Source: an uncultured bacterium
GTDB lineage: Bacteria > Cyanobacteriota > Vampirovibrionia > Gastranaerophilales > Gastranaerophilaceae
Assembly: GCA_900554385.1 (NCBI GenBank)
Contig: USHE01000001.1
Location: 1-40,664 of the forward strand
DNA: 40,664 nt
Reading direction: 5' to 3'
In this document: positions 16,440 to 25,670 of the stretch, in pieces
Numbering within the stretch: the first letter of the stretch is position 1
Layout: every line of letters begins with the position of its first letter
The notes under the pieces: model-generated
What the model was told of the DNA's origin: nothing
The model's input: only the letters and a program-made list of their open reading frames with translations
Databases searched by the model: none
Made by a program: the position numbers and the translations under genes

Positions 16440-17026
16440 TTGTTTTGTTCTCCGATTATTACTTTTTCCAATTCGGCAATTGCCTTTTCGAGATCATCAT
16501 TTATAACTTTATAATCAAAATTTTCAGAACGTTCCAGTTCGGTTTTTACTTCGTGAAGTCGTTTTTGGATTGTTGCTTCATCTTCTGTATGACGTCCGCG
16601 AAGTCTGTTTTCCAATGCTTCGATAGATGGCGGACATATAAAGATGAGGACAGCTTCCGGCATTTGTTTTTTTACTTGAAGTGCGCCCTGAGTATCTATT
16701 TCCAAAATGATATCTTTTCCTTCATCAAGACATTGGTTTATATATTTTTTCTTTGTTCCGTATCGGTTGCCGGCAAATTCTGCCCACTCTAAAAATTTAT
16801 CATTGTCTATACAGTTTTGAAATTCTTCTTTCGAAAGGAAAAAATAGTTTACACCATCTTTTTCACCGGTTCTGGGAGTTCTTGTGGTGCAGGAAATTGA
16901 CAGCATAAAATTTGGGTTTTTATTTAAAAAGCCTTTTAAAACAGTGCCTTTCCCGACTCCTGAAGAACCTGATATTACAAATAACTTTTTTTTGCAGTAA
17001 TTTTTGTTCATATTACAATTATACAA
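16433..17026 (-). CDS. gmk: Guanylate kinase
   Basis: P-loop ISGSSGVGKGTV, SCTTRTPRTGEKDGVNYFFLSKEEF, LEWAEFAGNRYGT. Confidence 0.92.
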   Translation of the reverse strand: MYNCNMNKNYCKKKLFVISGSSGVGKGTVLKGFLNKNPNFMLSISCTTRTPRTGEKDGVNYFFLSKEEFQNCIDNDKFLEWAEFAGNRYGTKKKYINQCLDEGKDIILEIDTQGALQVKKQMPEAVLIFICPPSIEALENRLRGRHTEDEATIQKRLHEVKTELERSENFDYKVINDDLEKAIAELEKVIIGEQNKC

Positions 17027-17090
17027 TGAATATTTCTAATGAAATATTTCTTGGAGATTTTTTGAAAAAACTTAATACAATCTCGTAATT

Positions 17091-17118
17091 AAAAAGCCTC
17101 TCTTTAAGAGAGGCTTTT
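17091..17118. terminator. Rho-independent terminator after the MFS gene (hairpin flanked by A-run and T-run)
   Basis: Stem gcctctc (17096-17102) / gagaggc (17108-17114), loop tttaa. aaaaa lies on one side and tttt on the other. Confidence 0.75.
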
Positions 17119-17123
17119 AGAAT

Positions 17124-18512
17124 TTATGAATGTTTTTTCTTTTTTTCATCAATCATAAGTACCGTACAAATTGCTATACAGATTATTGCCGAGAATATCC
17201 AAAACGCAATAGCACCGTTCCAACCGAATTTATCAACCATAAAGCCAGTACCGGTTGCCGATAAAACTGCTCCGACATAACCGAATGTTCCGGTAAATCC
17301 TGTTGCGGCAGATGCAACTTTTTTGGAACTGCTTTCTACAGCACACAATCCTCCAATCATCATTTGAGGACCGTAAGTGAATGCTCCGAGCAACCCTATT
17401 AAAATAAAATCGATTGTGCTTATTGTGTTAAATTTTAAAAGAACAAGACAAGTTACAACACCTGCAAGATATATTAAATTAACAGGCGCTCTGTGTCCTT
17501 TGAATATTTTATCAGATATTAATCCTGCGCAAATTGTGCCTGCAATACCAACCAATGGCAGTGAACTTAATTTCATTGCGGCAAGTTCCAGTGAATTGCT
17601 TTTTGCTTCGTGAAGGTATTTTATCATCCAGTCTTCTGCGCCAAATCTGATTATGTATACAAAAATATAGGCGATTGCCAGAAGCCAGATTGTTTTGTTA
17701 TAAAGAATATTTTGTTTGAAGATTTCTACATAAGAACGATTATCTTCTTCTGTACAGTCAGCTTTTTTTGCAGCCGGTTCTTCTCTGTACGATTCAACAT
17801 CAGGAAGTCCCAGTGATTGCGGTCTGTCGCGTAATCTGTCAAAAAGCCAAATTGCAACCAGGATTGCCAGAGTTCCCGGAACGAAAAATGCCATTTTCCA
17901 GCCCCAGTGAGCAACTAAAAATCCCGAAATTATTACGCTTAAAAATGTTCCGACCTGATGTGAACAAGACCATAATGACCATTTTGATCCTCTTTCTGAA
18001 TTTGAATACCAGTAAGTTAAGCTTTTTGCAACAGCCGGAAATCCAGCTGATTGAAACCAACCGCTTGCCCCCCAGAAAAATACGAACAACCACAAAAGTA
18101 TGGTATTTGTTGGTAATCCGAAGAATGAAATTTGTCCCGGAGTAATAAATACTGCAGATAACCCGAAACAAAGGTTTGCGATTGCTGTCATTATTAATGC
18201 TGTAGGAAGAAACTTCCTTACGTCCGAACCGTCAGCCAGAACTCCGTTTACGAATTTACCGATACCGTATGTCAAATACAATGAACTCCCGAGTAAACCC
18301 AGTTCTGTATTTGAGTACCCGAATTCTGCGCTTAATCCCGGTAATGCAACCGCGATATTTTTCTTACATAGGTAAAAGACCGTGTATCCTATAAAACAAG
18401 CATAGAAAATTCTTAATCTCCAATGAGAATACATGCTTTTGACTTTTTCGTTATCCTGAATAGTCTCTTTTACAGGCGGCTCTTTAAAAAATTGAGCTAA
18501 TTTTTCTAACAT
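17124..18512 (-). CDS. MFS organophosphate:phosphate antiporter (GlpT/UhpC family)
   Basis: Collinear with E. coli GlpT: WRLRIFYACFIGYTVFYLCKKN, GKFVNGVLADGSDVRKF, RDRPQSLGLPDVESY, GFTGTFGYVGA, FGWNG. Confidence 0.9.
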   Translation of the reverse strand: MLEKLAQFFKEPPVKETIQDNEKVKSMYSHWRLRIFYACFIGYTVFYLCKKNIAVALPGLSAEFGYSNTELGLLGSSLYLTYGIGKFVNGVLADGSDVRKFLPTALIMTAIANLCFGLSAVFITPGQISFFGLPTNTILLWLFVFFWGASGWFQSAGFPAVAKSLTYWYSNSERGSKWSLWSCSHQVGTFLSVIISGFLVAHWGWKMAFFVPGTLAILVAIWLFDRLRDRPQSLGLPDVESYREEPAAKKADCTEEDNRSYVEIFKQNILYNKTIWLLAIAYIFVYIIRFGAEDWMIKYLHEAKSNSLELAAMKLSSLPLVGIAGTICAGLISDKIFKGHRAPVNLIYLAGVVTCLVLLKFNTISTIDFILIGLLGAFTYGPQMMIGGLCAVESSSKKVASAATGFTGTFGYVGAVLSATGTGFMVDKFGWNGAIAFWIFSAIICIAICTVLMIDEKKKKHS

Positions 18513-18515
18513 AAT

Positions 18516-19433
18516 TTACTTCCCTGCTTTTATTATTTGAATATTTCTTGTTTCTGTTATTTCTTGACGGGCATCCTTAATCATTTCTCTTTTTTCTTCA
18601 TCAAGTCTGTATCCGCCGACTAGTCTGTCTACAAAACCGGTATTTAATTTTACGGCTTTTTCAAATGCTCCTACTTCTTCAAGAACATCTTTTATCTGGT
18701 GCAAATCATATCCAAAGGTTTGCTTTGAATTATATACAAGAGTTTCTCCTGATTGTGCCACAATTGGAGTTCCACCCTGTTCAAAATACAGTTTAAATAC
18801 TGATTTCAAGTCTTGTAATTCTGATTGTAATGTTGTTACTGTTTGTTGAATCCTTAAATATCTTTCAAAAAGATATTCTACATTTTCTAACTGTTTTTGT
18901 TCCCAATCATATTTTTGCAAATATAATTTTTTTAATTTTGGATACGCAAGTGCAAGACCCATAGTGTCAGCCATTGCGCGGTGGTGATTGTTTAATTCGA
19001 CGTGGAATTTATTTGTCAAAGCTTCCAGTCCGTGAGAATCTAAATCAGGATAAACTTCTTTGAACATTTGTTGTGAATCGATTCTTGTGTTTTTTATTTC
19101 GTTTCCTGTGACTCTTTTAGAAGCTTCGTTAATGAATGTATAGTCAAAAATGGCGTTATGCGCAACTATCGGATAATCACCGATAAATTCTAAAATTTTT
19201 GGCATAGCTTCTGCTTCGGTTGGGGCGTCTGCTACCATCTCTTGCGTAATCCCGTGAATTGCCATACTTGATTTTCTAATATGCTGTTCCGGATTTATAA
19301 GAGTTTGAAATTCATCTTTAATTTTCCCGTTTTCAAGTCTTACGGCGGCAAATTCTACCATTTTTTCTTTAGTGTAATCAAGTCCTGTTGTTTCTGTATC
19401 AAGGACTATCTCTATAATCTTTTTTCGTACCAT
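18516..19433 (-). CDS. DnaQ/epsilon-like DEDDh 3'-5' exonuclease with a ~130-aa C-terminal extension. The start is trimmed relative to the ORF track.
   Basis: Exo motifs VLDTETTGLD, VAHNAIFDYTFI and HHRAMADTMGLA. The track ORF (to 19697) adds 88 non-homologous residues that run antisense through trxA. The ATG at 19431-19433 (MVRKKIIEIV) gives the normal N-terminus. Confidence 0.85.
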   Translation of the reverse strand: MVRKKIIEIVLDTETTGLDYTKEKMVEFAAVRLENGKIKDEFQTLINPEQHIRKSSMAIHGITQEMVADAPTEAEAMPKILEFIGDYPIVAHNAIFDYTFINEASKRVTGNEIKNTRIDSQQMFKEVYPDLDSHGLEALTNKFHVELNNHHRAMADTMGLALAYPKLKKLYLQKYDWEQKQLENVEYLFERYLRIQQTVTTLQSELQDLKSVFKLYFEQGGTPIVAQSGETLVYNSKQTFGYDLHQIKDVLEEVGAFEKAVKLNTGFVDRLVGGYRLDEEKREMIKDARQEITETRNIQIIKAGK

Positions 19434-19521
19434 ATTCTTATCCTGTCTATCTCTATTAAGATAATAGCATAAAAAAAATTTCTGTGGTAGAATTAGCGAG
19501 TATAAAAGTAAAGGAGAAATT

Positions 19522-19845
19522 ATGTCTAACGCAATAGATATCAATGATTCAAATTTTGAACAAGAAGTTTTGACGTCAGCAACTCCTGTTGTTGTTGATT
19601 TCTGGGCTCCTTGGTGCGGTCCTTGCAGAAAACTCGGTCCGATTTTGGATGAAGTTGCCGGTGAATTTTCAGGCAGAGTTAAATTTGTTAAGGTCAATAC
19701 AGATGAAAACTTACAAACAGCTAAAAATTATGCCATCAGCGGATTGCCAAGTCTTTTGGTTTTTAAAGACGGCAAGGCTGTTGAAAGACTTGTCGGTTTG
19801 ATGCCTAAGTCTTCAATTATTTCTAATATTGAAAAACATATTTAA
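19522..19845 (+). CDS. trxA: Thioredoxin
   Basis: VDFWAPWCGPCRKL active site. Typical length of 107 aa. RBS aaaggaga. Confidence 0.95.
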   Translation: MSNAIDINDSNFEQEVLTSATPVVVDFWAPWCGPCRKLGPILDEVAGEFSGRVKFVKVNTDENLQTAKNYAISGLPSLLVFKDGKAVERLVGLMPKSSIISNIEKHI

Positions 19846-19920
19846 GTTAAATATTCTCAAGTTAGTGATGACTTTAGGTTGAAGATGATACTTGAATAAA
19901 TAATGTAACAAAATATAAAG

Positions 19921-19962
19921 CAGCGGTATTTGGCTCAAATGAGCTTGTACCGCTGTTTTTTG
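19921..19962 (+). terminator. Rho-independent terminator after trxA
   Basis: Stem cagcggta (19921-19928) / taccgctg (19948-19955), followed by tttttt. Confidence 0.7.
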
Positions 19963-20067
19963 TTTTATTAATATTTTTTCATATTTTTTATCTAAAGTTT
20001 TTTGTCCTTTTTGCCGTTAAAGAATGTGTCGAAGAATGTCTTTAAAGGAAAAAGAGGTTTTTAACAA

Positions 20068-23000
20068 ATGCTAGAAAGCATATCACAAATCAAAGATAAA
20101 GTTCATTCGTCAATGTATGAAACCGAAGGCAGAAAAACATACGATGTTGATAGTATCGTTGCCGAATTAAAGAAAGACGAAAAATTTAAGAATTTCAAAG
20201 AAAATGAACTTTATTCTTATGCATACGGCTTGATAGCGAACCATAATGCTCATGCGCTGAAAGGTGCATTGCAGAGCATGGGTTTTGATACAGGCAAACC
20301 TCAAGATCCTTTCTGGAGTCAGTATACCTATGAAGAAATCCTTAACATGGTTAATGACGGAGTTCAAGTGCCTCAGGAATTTATCGATTGGGCGTACACA
20401 ATGCAGGATTCTGATACCACGGCTTATCAGATAGAAGATTCAAGTGAAGACCCTAACGCTTATGACAATCTTGCTGGTGAAACAGGAAATATTGACCAGA
20501 GTGATATTCAAAAACGCGCTCAGGCTTTTGCTTCTAAAGCTCAAGCTCAGGAAAAACTTATTAACAATAAAGTTGAAGAAACAAAACCTATATTAAATAC
20601 GGTTCTGGCTGAAAAAAACGAATTGGAAAAAAATCAGAAATCAGCTTTAGAAAATCTTGCGTCTATGACTAAAGAGTGGAAAACTCTTGATAGAAAGTTT
20701 AAAAGCGGTACTCCTTTGTCTGAAGCCGAACAGAATAAGTATCAAGAACTTGGTTTAGCCTTGAATGACAGCAATAACGGTATTCTTTTGCAGACCAAAA
20801 AAGTTAGTGATGATATAGAAGAACTTATGACTCAGATTGATAGTATTGATATGCTATTAGGCGTTAACGAAAAAATTAACGCTGAAATTGAAGATATCGG
20901 TACAAGAATGTCTTGGTTTGAAGGTAATAAAAAGCATATTATCTTGCCAACAAACAATGGTAATCAAGTTACAGGGCTAAGTGCCGCATTCTATGTTGCC
21001 GCAATGGGTAATAATCTTGCTTACGATACAGGTTTGGCAGGTGTAAATCTGTTCTTTAATAATATGGAAGTTCAAAATCAACAGGAAATTCATATTAATA
21101 CAGCTGTCCAAACTCAAAAACAAGTAGATGTTGTGAATAATGCTGCAGACAATCAGGACGATAATCTAAAATATACAACCAACAAACAGTCTGAAAATAA
21201 AAACGACGATAATAAGACAGAACAAAACAACAATCCTCAAAATGGAGTTCAGCAACAGGAAACAGATGCAAATGAAATTATTAATCCTGAAAAAACACAA
21301 CCGAAAACCCCTCAGGCAGATGCAAAAGTTCCGGTACAAACAGAAGAACCGCTGATTTCTCAAGAAGAACCTGAAAATACACTTACAAAGGCTTTGAATT
21401 CTGAAAATAATCCAAAAACAAATGCTATAAATGCGCAATTCAACTCAAATGTTGCAGAAAATACTGACAATGCTCAAACTCAACAAGTTGCTGCAGATAC
21501 AACGGTTCAAACTTCTGCTCAAGCTGCCCAAACAACAGAAACTGAAGGTGCAGAAGATATTGCTGCTACAGATGAAGCCGGCGAAGTTACAGAAACTCCG
21601 GATACTTCTGTTGAAACAGAAGATCCGCTTAAAGCTGAAACTTCTCAAATGGTATCAGAATGTGAAAACAGAAATAATGCTATGGTTCAGGCTGAACAAC
21701 AAATTCAAGCTAAGGTTGAAGAAGTTAAGAAAATTAGAGCAAACAAAAGTAAAGATGATGCACAGCTTAAGAATGAATTGACAAAAGCTGTTACTGAATA
21801 CGATAAATTAGCACAAAAAGTTCAAAATGGTGAAACTTTATCAGATAATGAACAAAAAAGAGTAAAAGCATTAGAAAAAGCTATTAATGCAAAAAATGGT
21901 ACTATTATTACAAAAATTAAGGATAAAGTTACTGCATTAACAGGATTTGCGGATGCTTTAAATAATGATATTCAGCAAACTAAAGTTAATCAGGAGTTTG
22001 GTGAGCAGGCTGTTGCAAAAGGTAAAGAATATGCAAAAGCAACATTAGGCGATAGAGAATATCTTAAAGATTCAATGTTCGGTTTTGTTCATTTTAGTCA
22101 ACTTCCTAAAGAAAAGCAATATGATCTTCTTTATGGTAAAAAAGGTGAATCTGTTGGTCGTGACGCTATTGATAACGGAGAATTGCTTATCAGTAATGCT
22201 GCGGCTTCTCAGGAAAGATTAGCTAAGTCTTTACCTCTTGCAGGCTTTGCAATGAATTATTCGCAGGAACTCAATACTAAGCTTTCTGAAACTAACCAAA
22301 AGGTTAATGCTATAAAACAAAATCTTCAAGAGTCTGCAGAACAACAGGCAGATAATACCAATGGTCCTTCAAATGCAGAAGGCGAAAATTCTTCATCTAA
22401 GAAATCTAAAAAGAAAGATGAAGTTACCAAAGAAGATGGGCAAAAAATTGAGCAGCAAGGTAGAAAAGTTGAACAAGAAGGTAAAGAAGCCAAAAAAGAC
22501 GGACAAGATGCCAAAAAAGATAAACAAGCTACTGATAAACAAATTAAAAAAGAAACCGCGGCGTTAAAGGCTGATGAAAAGAGAATTGTTAATTATACTA
22601 AAGATTCTCAGCAAATTAACCAGCAATTTGAAGAAATGTCTATAGAGCTTGATGCTATTTTGGAAGCCAAAGCTCAAGCTTCAACAGAGCAGGAAAGTCC
22701 TGCTATGCAAGCAGGTCCGGCTCCTGCAAGAGCTTTAAATGCAAGAGGTGCTAACCCTAGAAGCGTTGGCTTAAATAATAGTGCGCCTGCTCAAAATATG
22801 AATGACAATATGTCTTCTCAGAATGATAATAATGCAAAACTTATGGCTATGGCTGCGGCTGTTCCAAATCTTGAAAAAAGATTGAAAACAAATGACAAAA
22901 CTATTAATACTATTTCAAAAGCGGCAACTGCAAAAAATAAAAAATTAAATAAGCTGTATAACTTGAAATATAAACAAGCTCAAGCTGACATGCGTGCTAA

Positions 23001-23355
23001 AGAAAAAAGCATGAAGAAGAATGAAAAACTCCAATCTACTGTTACTAAGACAGGATATATGTTCACTGGAACAAAACTCACAGGTCTTGCTTTGATGTCA
23101 ATGCCATGGTCTGCTGCTGTTGGTGCTTACATGTACGGTATCGGGAAATATGGTGAAATTACGTGTTACGTTACTAATGCGGCTATAGATGTTGCAAACG
23201 GTAATTTCTTGGGAGCTTTAGTGAACGTTGGTGCCGCTGCTTTAAGTTACTTCACAGGACCGAAAACCATCGGACCTGCAAATGCGGCTGTAAAAGGAGC
23301 TGCTACAGAGGGCGCCAAAGAGGTTGCTAAAGAAACCGGTAAAGAAGCTGTTTAA
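20068..23355 (+). CDS. Large coiled-coil / low-complexity protein (1095 aa as called) with a C-terminal hydrophobic hairpin. It ends at an in-frame TAA inside a KE-rich repeat.
   Basis: RBS aaagaggt upstream and no signal peptide. Long heptad-rich helices. A Q/N/T/E-rich disordered block (aa ~340-540) and a K/E-rich block. Two hydrophobic helices: LTGLALMSMPWSAAVGAYMYGIG and FLGALVNVGAAALSYFTG. Confidence 0.8.
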   Translation: MLESISQIKDKVHSSMYETEGRKTYDVDSIVAELKKDEKFKNFKENELYSYAYGLIANHNAHALKGALQSMGFDTGKPQDPFWSQYTYEEILNMVNDGVQVPQEFIDWAYTMQDSDTTAYQIEDSSEDPNAYDNLAGETGNIDQSDIQKRAQAFASKAQAQEKLINNKVEETKPILNTVLAEKNELEKNQKSALENLASMTKEWKTLDRKFKSGTPLSEAEQNKYQELGLALNDSNNGILLQTKKVSDDIEELMTQIDSIDMLLGVNEKINAEIEDIGTRMSWFEGNKKHIILPTNNGNQVTGLSAAFYVAAMGNNLAYDTGLAGVNLFFNNMEVQNQQEIHINTAVQTQKQVDVVNNAADNQDDNLKYTTNKQSENKNDDNKTEQNNNPQNGVQQQETDANEIINPEKTQPKTPQADAKVPVQTEEPLISQEEPENTLTKALNSENNPKTNAINAQFNSNVAENTDNAQTQQVAADTTVQTSAQAAQTTETEGAEDIAATDEAGEVTETPDTSVETEDPLKAETSQMVSECENRNNAMVQAEQQIQAKVEEVKKIRANKSKDDAQLKNELTKAVTEYDKLAQKVQNGETLSDNEQKRVKALEKAINAKNGTIITKIKDKVTALTGFADALNNDIQQTKVNQEFGEQAVAKGKEYAKATLGDREYLKDSMFGFVHFSQLPKEKQYDLLYGKKGESVGRDAIDNGELLISNAAASQERLAKSLPLAGFAMNYSQELNTKLSETNQKVNAIKQNLQESAEQQADNTNGPSNAEGENSSSKKSKKKDEVTKEDGQKIEQQGRKVEQEGKEAKKDGQDAKKDKQATDKQIKKETAALKADEKRIVNYTKDSQQINQQFEEMSIELDAILEAKAQASTEQESPAMQAGPAPARALNARGANPRSVGLNNSAPAQNMNDNMSSQNDNNAKLMAMAAAVPNLEKRLKTNDKTINTISKAATAKNKKLNKLYNLKYKQAQADMRAKEKSMKKNEKLQSTVTKTGYMFTGTKLTGLALMSMPWSAAVGAYMYGIGKYGEITCYVTNAAIDVANGNFLGALVNVGAAALSYFTGPKTIGPANAAVKGAATEGAKEVAKETGKEAV

Positions 23356-23799
23356 GAAGGCACAAAAGAGGTCGGCAAAGAGGTTGCCAAAGAAGGTACA
23401 AAAGAAATTGGTAAAGAGGTCGGCAAAGGAGCCTTAACCGCTTCTACAAGCGAGATTGTTTCCAGCCCGTTGAAACAATTAGCACAATCTAGTATGGATG
23501 TAATGCTTTCAAGTGCGACTGAAATGATGAAAGAAACTACAAAAGCTGTTTCTCAGCAGTTAGCGAAGGAAGCGGCAAAACAGGCACTAAAAGAAACTGT
23601 CAAAAATGTTGCTCTTAATGCTGCAACAGCAGCGATGCCGACATTAGTTGCTATGACACACAAAGAAAAAGTTGCCGAGCCTCAGAAAAAACAGCGCAGA
23701 CTTCTCTCTTATCAGGAAAGAAGAGCCCGTCAAGCTAAAATGGATAAGATTGAACGCACTACAAAAATTCTTACATCCAGAGGGCAGAAAAAAAGATAA
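23356..23799 (+). pseudogene. In-frame continuation (147 codons) of the 20068 ORF beyond the TAA at 23353-23355. The track's 109-aa ORF (23470, TTG start) is part of it.
   Basis: Same reading frame (23356-20068 is divisible by 3) with no further stop until 23797-23799. The KE repeat continues as EGTKEVGKEVAKEGTKEIGKEVGK. There is no SD in front of 23470. Confidence 0.7.
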
Positions 23800-23804
23800 A
23801 ATAA

Positions 23805-23834
23805 AAAAGCTGTTCTTTGAAGAACAGCTTTTTT
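23805..23834. terminator. Bidirectional rho-independent terminator
   Basis: Stem agctgttct (23808-23816) / agaacagct (23821-23829), flanked by aaaa and tttttt. Confidence 0.8.
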
Positions 23835-23836
23835 AT

Positions 23837-24367
23837 TTAGTAGTCATTATTTACGTAATCATCTTCATCTTTTAGGGATGACAAATCGTCTTTGTAACTG
23901 GCATCAAAATCTTCAGGTAAAAGTTCCGAATCCGGCCAAATCGTGTCACTGTCAAAACGGCAGGCATGAAGATTATAAGAATTTGTAAAATCTGAGTTGC
24001 TTAAATCACTTTCTGAAAAAATACATCCTGCCAAATCGCAGTCAGTAAAGTTACAATATGTCATTTCTGCATAACTACAGTCCGCACCTGTCAAAAGGCT
24101 TTCTGTGAAGTCACTTTCAATAACCTTGGCTCTGGTAAAATCTACAGATGTTAAATCTGCATTTGTAAAATTTATAAAAGACAGTATGCAATCAGCAAAT
24201 GAACTTGAGTTCAAATCAACATCTGAAAAATCTATTTCTGAAAGGTTAATACCGGAAAAATCGACTTCTGAAAGATCAACTTCTTCTTGCTCTCTTTTCC
24301 ATTCATTGAATTTTTCGGGGTGTTTACGAAGAATTTCTACTAATTCCTCTTTTGTATAATCTATCAT
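23837..24367 (-). CDS. Pentapeptide-repeat protein
   Basis: Continuous A(D/N)LxX repeats: DLSEVDFSGINLSEIDFSDVDLNSSSFADCILSFINFTNADLTSVDFTRAKVIESDFTESLLTGADCSYAEM... Confidence 0.9.
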   Translation of the reverse strand: MIDYTKEELVEILRKHPEKFNEWKREQEEVDLSEVDFSGINLSEIDFSDVDLNSSSFADCILSFINFTNADLTSVDFTRAKVIESDFTESLLTGADCSYAEMTYCNFTDCDLAGCIFSESDLSNSDFTNSYNLHACRFDSDTIWPDSELLPEDFDASYKDDLSSLKDEDDYVNNDY

Positions 24368-24389
24368 TCTATTCTCCTTTTATAATATA

Positions 24390-25007
24390 TTATTTTGCGA
24401 TATCCGTCTGCATTGCCAGTAATACTGCCTGGGTGCGGTTTGTTACTTTTAGTTTTTTAAAAATATTATTCAAATGACTTTTTACTGTCACTTCTCTAAG
24501 AACTAGTTTTTCGGCGATTTCTTTGTTACTGTCACCTTTTGCGGCAAGTGTTAAAACTTCTTTTTCGCGAGATGTCAGAACAGGTCTTTTGTCGGTATTA
24601 TAAAGTAAGGTTAAATTTTTTTCAACAGGTTTTTGCCAATTTGCTCTCCTTAATACTGCTTCCATTCTCGCAAGCAGGTTTGGGAGGATAAAGGGCTTTA
24701 CTATATAATCGTCTGCTCCTGTTTTTAGTCCTGATATAATCTTTTGTTCTTCGTTTACGGCAGTAAGCATGATGACCGGCAGATGTTCTGTGTTGCTGTT
24801 GTTACGAATTGATTTTAGGGTTTCCCAGCCGTTCATATTTGGCATCATAACGTCTAAAAGCACGAGGTCATAGTTGTTTTTGGCAAGCAATTTCAACGCT
24901 TGTACGCCGTCTGTGGCGGTTTCTACATGATAGCCATAGAAAGGCAGTGCATCTTTAAGGTATTTAGGATTGTCGTCAACTAACAGAATTTTCGCTATTT
25001 CTGACAT
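24390..25007 (-). CDS. Response regulator, REC + LuxR/FixJ-type HTH
   Basis: ILLVDDNP, LVLLDVMMPNMNG, ADDYIVKPF. HTH: LTSREKEVLTLAAKGDSNKEIAEKLVLREVTVKSHLNNIFKKLKV. Confidence 0.9.
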   Translation of the reverse strand: MSEIAKILLVDDNPKYLKDALPFYGYHVETATDGVQALKLLAKNNYDLVLLDVMMPNMNGWETLKSIRNNSNTEHLPVIMLTAVNEEQKIISGLKTGADDYIVKPFILPNLLARMEAVLRRANWQKPVEKNLTLLYNTDKRPVLTSREKEVLTLAAKGDSNKEIAEKLVLREVTVKSHLNNIFKKLKVTNRTQAVLLAMQTDIAK

Positions 25008-25022
25008 TAAACAGTTCCTTTG

Positions 25023-25670
25023 TTATACGATTTTATACTTTAAAGCTTTTAGGGCAGCTTGTAAACGGTCATCTACTTCCAATTTTTGCAGAATATTGGC
25101 AACGTGAGCTTTGGTTGTATTAATGCTTATAACGAGAAGTTGTGCTATCTCCATATTGCTGTATCCTTCTGTCATAAGTTTTAATATTTGAGTTTCCCGT
25201 GAGGTTAAATCATAAGATTTACTATTGTTTTCTGTGTCTATAACAGGAGAATTTACAGTGGCTTTTAATACTATATGTGCGATACTCGGATCAAACCACG
25301 CTGCACCGTCAGCTACGGATTGTACCACTTGAATAAGTCTTTGTGGTGTAATTTCTTTTGAACAATATGCATTTGCGCCTGCCTTAAGACTGTTGAGTAC
25401 TTCTTTTTCATCGTTGTGTGAAGTAAGTATAATTATTTTTACATCTTTATTTGATGAACGAATTTGTTTTGTTGCATCAATTCCATTCATTGCAGGAAGA
25501 CCAAGATCCATTATAACGATATCAATTCTGTTATTGTTAAAAATTTCGATAGCCTGTTCTGCAGAATCAGCCTCAAAGAGGGTATCAACATAATCAACGC
25601 CTTCAAAAGTCGTTTTTAATCCAAATCTCGTAAGTTCATGGTCTTCTACTATTAAGATGTTCTGTTTCAT
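25023..25670 (-). CDS. Response regulator, REC + LuxR/NarL-type HTH
   Basis: ILIVEDHELTR, IVIMDLGLPAMNG, ILTSHND. HTH: LTSRETQILKLMTEGYSNMEIAQLLVISINTTKAHVANILQKLEV. Confidence 0.9.
   Translation of the reverse strand: MKQNILIVEDHELTRFGLKTTFEGVDYVDTLFEADSAEQAIEIFNNNRIDIVIMDLGLPAMNGIDATKQIRSSNKDVKIIILTSHNDEKEVLNSLKAGANAYCSKEITPQRLIQVVQSVADGAAWFDPSIAHIVLKATVNSPVIDTENNSKSYDLTSRETQILKLMTEGYSNMEIAQLLVISINTTKAHVANILQKLEVDDRLQAALKALKYKIV

Noticed and set aside
19434-19697. 88-codon N-terminal extension of the exonuclease ORF given in the track
   Set aside because: The extension is antisense to the thioredoxin gene and its promoter and has no homology to DnaQ-like proteins. The internal ATG at 19431-19433 yields the canonical ExoI-proximal N-terminus.
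23353-23355. Stop-codon reassignment (TAA read as sense) as an explanation for the in-frame stop
   Set aside because: Many well-delimited genes in the window terminate correctly at TAA at the expected protein length (TolC-like, ARH, trxA, tyrS neighbours, yggS), so a recoded TAA is not supported.
23290-23430. Tandem 36-nt repeats that could be mistaken for a non-coding repeat array
   Set aside because: The repeats are imperfect, in frame, and encode KE(V/G)xKE peptide units inside a CDS. There is no spacer/repeat architecture of the CRISPR type.
23470-23799. Independent 109-aa gene starting at TTG
   Set aside because: It has no Shine-Dalgarno sequence. It is in the same frame as the upstream 1095-aa ORF, and the repeat continues across the TAA. 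It is better explained as the severed C-terminus (see finding).
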